Shown in pieces: positions 59,924 to 64,000 of a stretch of 64,000 nt of DNA. Source of the DNA: Candidatus Cloacimonadales bacterium. Lineage in GTDB: Bacteria; Cloacimonadota; Cloacimonadia; Cloacimonadales; DAONDQ01. Numbering within the stretch: the stretch's first letter is position 1; every line of letters starts with the position of its first letter. A program made the position numbers and the translations under genes. The notes below the pieces were generated by a model. The model made no database searches. It had not been told where the DNA came from and saw only the letters and a list, made by a program, of their open reading frames with translations. The DNA is taken from the NCBI GenBank assembly GCA_963662275.1, contig OY759316.1, positions 2,816,001-2,880,000 of the forward strand, in the 5' to 3' direction.

Positions 59924-60424
59924 TTATAACCTTACAGAAATACCAATCTTTCCAGCAGAAAATGCATTTCCTCCACCAAATTCAAGATTCAAGCCAACAC
60001 TATCCGTGAAGTAGAAACGTCCACCTATTTGGGCACTCAAACCTAAACCGGAAGAATGATCACCGTGATAGTCATTCGGTGAATGCCAGACATAAAAACC
60101 GACGTTAAGCCCAGCATAAAAATCCCAATTACGGGGAATATTCAGGATATGATTGAAGTGATAATTGCCATTACCCGAAATTCCAGTTATCGAATGATCG
60201 TAGTAATGATGCTGATAATCTTCACGATAAGAATTGAATGATATTTCTCCACCTAAAGTAAAATTTTGAGCGACCCCATAATCCAAGCCAATGTAAACTG
60301 GAACACCCCAGTCTGAGAAACCAACACCAGCGTTGAACTGGGCTTGACCTTCAGCAATTGGACATTGAGCAAAAATAGCTGTAGCAGCAACAAGCAGGAT
60401 TATAACTAAAAGATTCGTTTTCAT
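59924..60424 (-). CDS. Small outer-membrane beta-barrel protein
   Basis: Signal peptide MKTNLLVIILLVAATAIFA; alternating beta strands; DFYAG, QIGGRFYF, GLNLEFG. Confidence 0.8.
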   Translation of the reverse strand: MKTNLLVIILLVAATAIFAQCPIAEGQAQFNAGVGFSDWGVPVYIGLDYGVAQNFTLGGEISFNSYREDYQHHYYDHSITGISGNGNYHFNHILNIPRNWDFYAGLNVGFYVWHSPNDYHGDHSSGLGLSAQIGGRFYFTDSVGLNLEFGGGNAFSAGKIGISVRL

Positions 60425-60706
60425 CTTGTTTCCTTTGTATGTATTTATTATATAGCAAAGCTTCGAGAAGAAGATCATGCGCCTAGTTCAATCGATTCTT
60501 TTTTGCGGTTCATCTATTTGAAATAAATATAATAGTGCGATTGTAAAGGATAGCAAGGAATATTAGGTATCAGGTTTCACGAGAGGAAGAGCATGAGATT
60601 ATCATTAAATAAATACTTGACTTAAACGATATATACGTAATGTAGATAATGATTAGTGTTTATTGATAAAGAATAATTTAATGATTTGATTGTATAAGGA
60701 GTCATT

Positions 60707-61069
60707 ATGAGTTTCAAAACGATTATCATTATTGCTGTCGTATTAGGCGTTGGGTACTGGTGTTATAGTGAATTCGCCGATGTAGCAAGTCTTATCAATG
60801 AATGGGATATTACGGATCTCATTGATGCGAATATCAGACCTGATTGGATCAATTCAAATCTTGATATCAAACACATCATTGTTGAATCTGCCAAGTCTTC
60901 GAATTGGAAGGTAATCGATAAGCAAGAGAAAATCTATACTTGTGATGTTTTGATCAAAGGGACTTATATTTTAGAAAAACCTACTGATAAAGGATGGATC
61001 CCATTTGAAGTTACCCATAAAGTAGAAGTTACCAAAGCAATACCCAAGAGTATTCGTTTACTTGACTAA
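60707..61069 (+). CDS. Hypothetical membrane-anchored protein
   Basis: AAGGAG RBS; N-terminal hydrophobic segment. Confidence 0.7.
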   Translation: MSFKTIIIIAVVLGVGYWCYSEFADVASLINEWDITDLIDANIRPDWINSNLDIKHIIVESAKSSNWKVIDKQEKIYTCDVLIKGTYILEKPTDKGWIPFEVTHKVEVTKAIPKSIRLLD

Positions 61070-61335
61070 TCCAATCTGACCTGACCGAATGATGATAATA
61101 TTCTCCGATAGCTTAGCAATGAATATCATAGCACTGTATCCTAATCATAATAGTATTAGTGTCGTATACTTGTTAATGGGAAAAGCCTTCCTGAACCATT
61201 CTGGTGATGGGAGCTATCGTACTAGTAGGACAGAAAGGAGATGAATACCTTCTTTATGAAATTTACTTACCATGTTTATCTCGTCAACAGTATATATTGA
61301 ATAATAATAACAAAGAACAAACAGGAGAGATAACT

Positions 61336-61896
61336 ATGGCATCAAAGGAAGTGAATGACCGCATCATGGAACTCAATCATGAGATCACTAAGCTCAAGCA
61401 GGAAATGTACAAGTTGAGCAAAGCGGATGCGGGACGTGAAGTACTCGATCATGAATTTACTAACCGCTTAGGAAGGAAAGTACATCTGTCAGATCTGTTT
61501 GGAGATAAAAAAGAATTGATTGTAGTGCATAATATGGGGCATACATGTCCATGGTGTACGATGTGGGCAGATGGTTTCAATGGCTTGACCCGGCATATTG
61601 AATCCAGAGCTGGATTTGTGATCTCCACACCTGACCCCGTATCTGTGATAAACTCATTTGCAAGGGAAAGGCATTGGGAATTCAATATGGTTTCCACATT
61701 AGGTACCAGTTTCAAGAAAGACTTCGGTTTTGAGTTCGAGGATGGGACTGTCATGCCGGGAGTCTCCACTTTTGCTCGTACTGAAGATGGAAAGATTCAC
61801 CTGATAGGCAGCATGTTCTTTGGTCCGGGAGATGACTTCTGTGCCACGTGGTATTTCTTTGATCTTTTGGAAAATTCCGAACAGGATCAGCAATAA
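61336..61896 (+). CDS. DUF899 family thioredoxin-like protein
   Basis: AGGAG RBS; LSDLFGDK, HNMGHTCPWCTMWADGFNG, PGVSTF. Confidence 0.85.
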   Translation: MASKEVNDRIMELNHEITKLKQEMYKLSKADAGREVLDHEFTNRLGRKVHLSDLFGDKKELIVVHNMGHTCPWCTMWADGFNGLTRHIESRAGFVISTPDPVSVINSFARERHWEFNMVSTLGTSFKKDFGFEFEDGTVMPGVSTFARTEDGKIHLIGSMFFGPGDDFCATWYFFDLLENSEQDQQ

Positions 61897-62146
61897 ACCA
61901 TATTTCATAATTTCATCACACTATACTAAACAGATAAAACTACGTGACATGGTATCTATAAGAGTCAAGATATTTCACAATAATTATGTACTGTTCATTT
62001 CTAAAAACTATGACAACTGATACACAGTTGGGAGGATTAATATTACTGTAAGTTGTGATTGCTCAAGAAATGAAATAGATGTGAGAAATATTCTCTTTAC
62101 AACAATAGCGTATTCAGCGCAATTTGTACAAAAATAGGAGAATTTC

Positions 62147-62623
62147 ATGAAAAGAATCCTGGTAGTTTTGGTTTTCCTGATTCTGCTTCTACCACTCATG
62201 GCTTCCGGTTTACAAAAGGCTGTAAATGACATGTATTCCTATGGCAAGAATACTCAAATTGAAGATAACAAGGTTTTCATGTCATCTACGTATTGGACAG
62301 ACAAATACTATCAAGAGAGCGGAGCTCTAGATTTTGTGGCTCTTGCAGCATATTACTTCCTGGCTGTACATCATAAGTGGGATACGATGTCGGATGAAGA
62401 TCTGGTGAGTAAAATGGAAAGTACAGATTGCATTGGCTGTCCCTGGACAAATGGTTATGGTGAAGCTTTGTTTATTATGCAGTTGAGCGAAATATATAGC
62501 AATTTTAGTTCTAATTCCTATGATGAAATGGGGGAAACCGATCTCAGGGCTGCGATTCGGACTTTTGTTAGTGGAAATGCAGACCGGGAAAGCATAACTT
62601 ATGGTGAGGAAGATGAAGAATAA
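62147..62623 (+). CDS. Secreted hypothetical protein
   Basis: AGGAG RBS; signal peptide; acidic C-terminus. Confidence 0.7.
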   Translation: MKRILVVLVFLILLLPLMASGLQKAVNDMYSYGKNTQIEDNKVFMSSTYWTDKYYQESGALDFVALAAYYFLAVHHKWDTMSDEDLVSKMESTDCIGCPWTNGYGEALFIMQLSEIYSNFSSNSYDEMGETDLRAAIRTFVSGNADRESITYGEEDEE

Positions 62624-62625
62624 TT

Positions 62626-63606
62626 ATGCCCGGATATACGCCTAGAATTAAGAGTCCTGGGAAAAACAGCATAGCTGATCTTATTAAATTGAATTTCGGG
62701 AATTCAGAGCAATGGATACTGATTCGTTCAGAAAACACGGATAATTCAATATTATTGTATGTGCATGGAGGTCCTGGAACATCGGAACTGTCTTTGAATC
62801 GGAAAGATACTCAACCTCTGGAAAAGCACTTCATCGTAGTGAATTGGGATCAGAGAGGAGCAGGGAAGTCATATCAAGCCATTAAAGATAAAAGTAGGAT
62901 GAACGTCGAACAGTTTGTATCTGATATCCATGAACTGTCAGAATATCTGGGGAAACGATTCAACAAAGAGAAGATCATCCTGGTTGGTCATTCCTGGGGA
63001 AGCTCTATCGGGATGCTGGCTGTGTCTCGAAGACCGGATTTGTACAGTGCCTACATCGGTATCGGTCAGACATCCAATAACCTCGAAAGTGAGAAGATCT
63101 CCTATCAATGGACTCTTGAACAGGCGCAGAAAGCAAATGATCAAGCTTCTATTAAGCAACTGACAGAGATGGGAGCATTCCCATATTCAGGGAACTGGCA
63201 GAAGAAGTTCATGACCCAACGCCAGATTCTTGGTAAGTTCGGTGGTGAGTACCATAATAGTAAGATAGGGGCTTTCGGTGCTGTGATGAAGAGCTGGCTA
63301 TTCTCTCCTGAATATACTTTCATGGATAGGATCAACTTCTTTAGGGGGATATTCGAGTCAGTTGCACTGCTCTTCCCTGAATATCTAAAGATCAATTTGT
63401 TTGAACAGGTTCCTGAAGTAAACGTACCCGTCTGGTTTATGCTGGGAAGATACGATTATGAGGTTCCTTCCATTCTTGCTGAACAGTACTTTAATGCTTT
63501 AATTGCGCCTTCCAAAACACTGCATTGGTTTGAAAATTCAGCTCATCTGCCAAATAACGAAGAAAGAGATCTGTTTAATCAGATATTGGTGGAAGAATGC
63601 TTATAA
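62626..63606 (+). CDS. Alpha/beta hydrolase (proline iminopeptidase-like)
   Basis: HGGPG, WDQRGAGKS, GHSWG, FENSAH. Confidence 0.92.
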   Translation: MPGYTPRIKSPGKNSIADLIKLNFGNSEQWILIRSENTDNSILLYVHGGPGTSELSLNRKDTQPLEKHFIVVNWDQRGAGKSYQAIKDKSRMNVEQFVSDIHELSEYLGKRFNKEKIILVGHSWGSSIGMLAVSRRPDLYSAYIGIGQTSNNLESEKISYQWTLEQAQKANDQASIKQLTEMGAFPYSGNWQKKFMTQRQILGKFGGEYHNSKIGAFGAVMKSWLFSPEYTFMDRINFFRGIFESVALLFPEYLKINLFEQVPEVNVPVWFMLGRYDYEVPSILAEQYFNALIAPSKTLHWFENSAHLPNNEERDLFNQILVEECL

Positions 63607-63630
63607 CTATGTTTTATGCTTCTGAGAAAC

Positions 63631-63999
63631 CTATTTAATCAATGTAATTTTCCTGCTCATGCTGACATCTTTGCCCTTCAGGTTACAGATATATACACCG
63701 TTGGGAACTTCAGAACCAGTATCCGTCCTGCCGTCCCAGGCAACTTGATGAACTTCCTCACTTACTTGATTAACTTCCAAACTGCGTATCTTCTGTCCCT
63801 TCAGATTATATATAGACAAAGATATGTTTGAATCATGAGGCACTTTATAACTAATGGTAGAACTGTTGTTAAAAGGATTGGGATATGTCCTGAGGCTCAT
63901 ATCTTGAGAAACTGCCACCTGGTCATTTATCGGAACTGCTGTCCAGACGAGTGTTCCATTTATCCATACCTGGTTACCATCTGTATCCAGTACTATATC
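63631..63999 (-). CDS. 3' end of a secreted protein with C-terminal sorting domain (partial)
   Basis: Frame open to the window edge; VPINDQ..TYPNPFN..IYNLKGQ..NGVYI..KITLIK. Confidence 0.85.
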   Translation of the reverse strand, partial: DIVLDTDGNQVWINGTLVWTAVPINDQVAVSQDMSLRTYPNPFNNSSTISYKVPHDSNISLSIYNLKGQKIRSLEVNQVSEEVHQVAWDGRTDTGSEVPNGVYICNLKGKDVSMSRKITLIK

Positions 64000-64000
64000 A

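Noticed and set aside
61699..61908. Minus-strand ORF MKYGLLLILF with an upstream TTGACT
   Set aside because: Almost wholly antisense to the DUF899 gene; no RBS or recognisable domain

Overview
AT-rich bacterial chromosome segment, most likely from an FCB-superphylum organism such as Cloacimonadota. This is an inference from many secreted proteins ending in a NYPNPFNP...YFY/KMxLxK (T9SS type A / FlgD-Ig-like) sorting domain, combined with TTGACA-type promoters and GGAGG Shine-Dalgarno sites. Six large paralogous modular surface adhesins dominate the window. They form two oppositely oriented triplets (12146-25966 minus, 33723-46525 plus) around a core of four tRNAs (Gln, Gln, Ser, Ser), era, an IS21 element and a YcaQ-GNAT-EamA operon. 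Other content: a Mutator/IS256-like IS with an 8-bp target duplication, an FGE-sulfatase lipoprotein whose C-terminus resembles a DGR variable region, a secreted cyclophilin, a PorZ-like propeller protein, a pyrE-pdxA-rnhB-glgP block with two domain fusions, and a long edge-truncated hydrolase ORF absent from the ORF track. The intergenic DNA is the most unusual part. It holds about 12 heptamer tandem arrays (one with 25 CTARCAC units), several capped by TGGCAGA, three 11-bp-phased palindromic elements that share architecture but not sequence, and REP-like hairpins. No CRISPR array, rRNA, reverse transcriptase or site-specific recombinase was seen.
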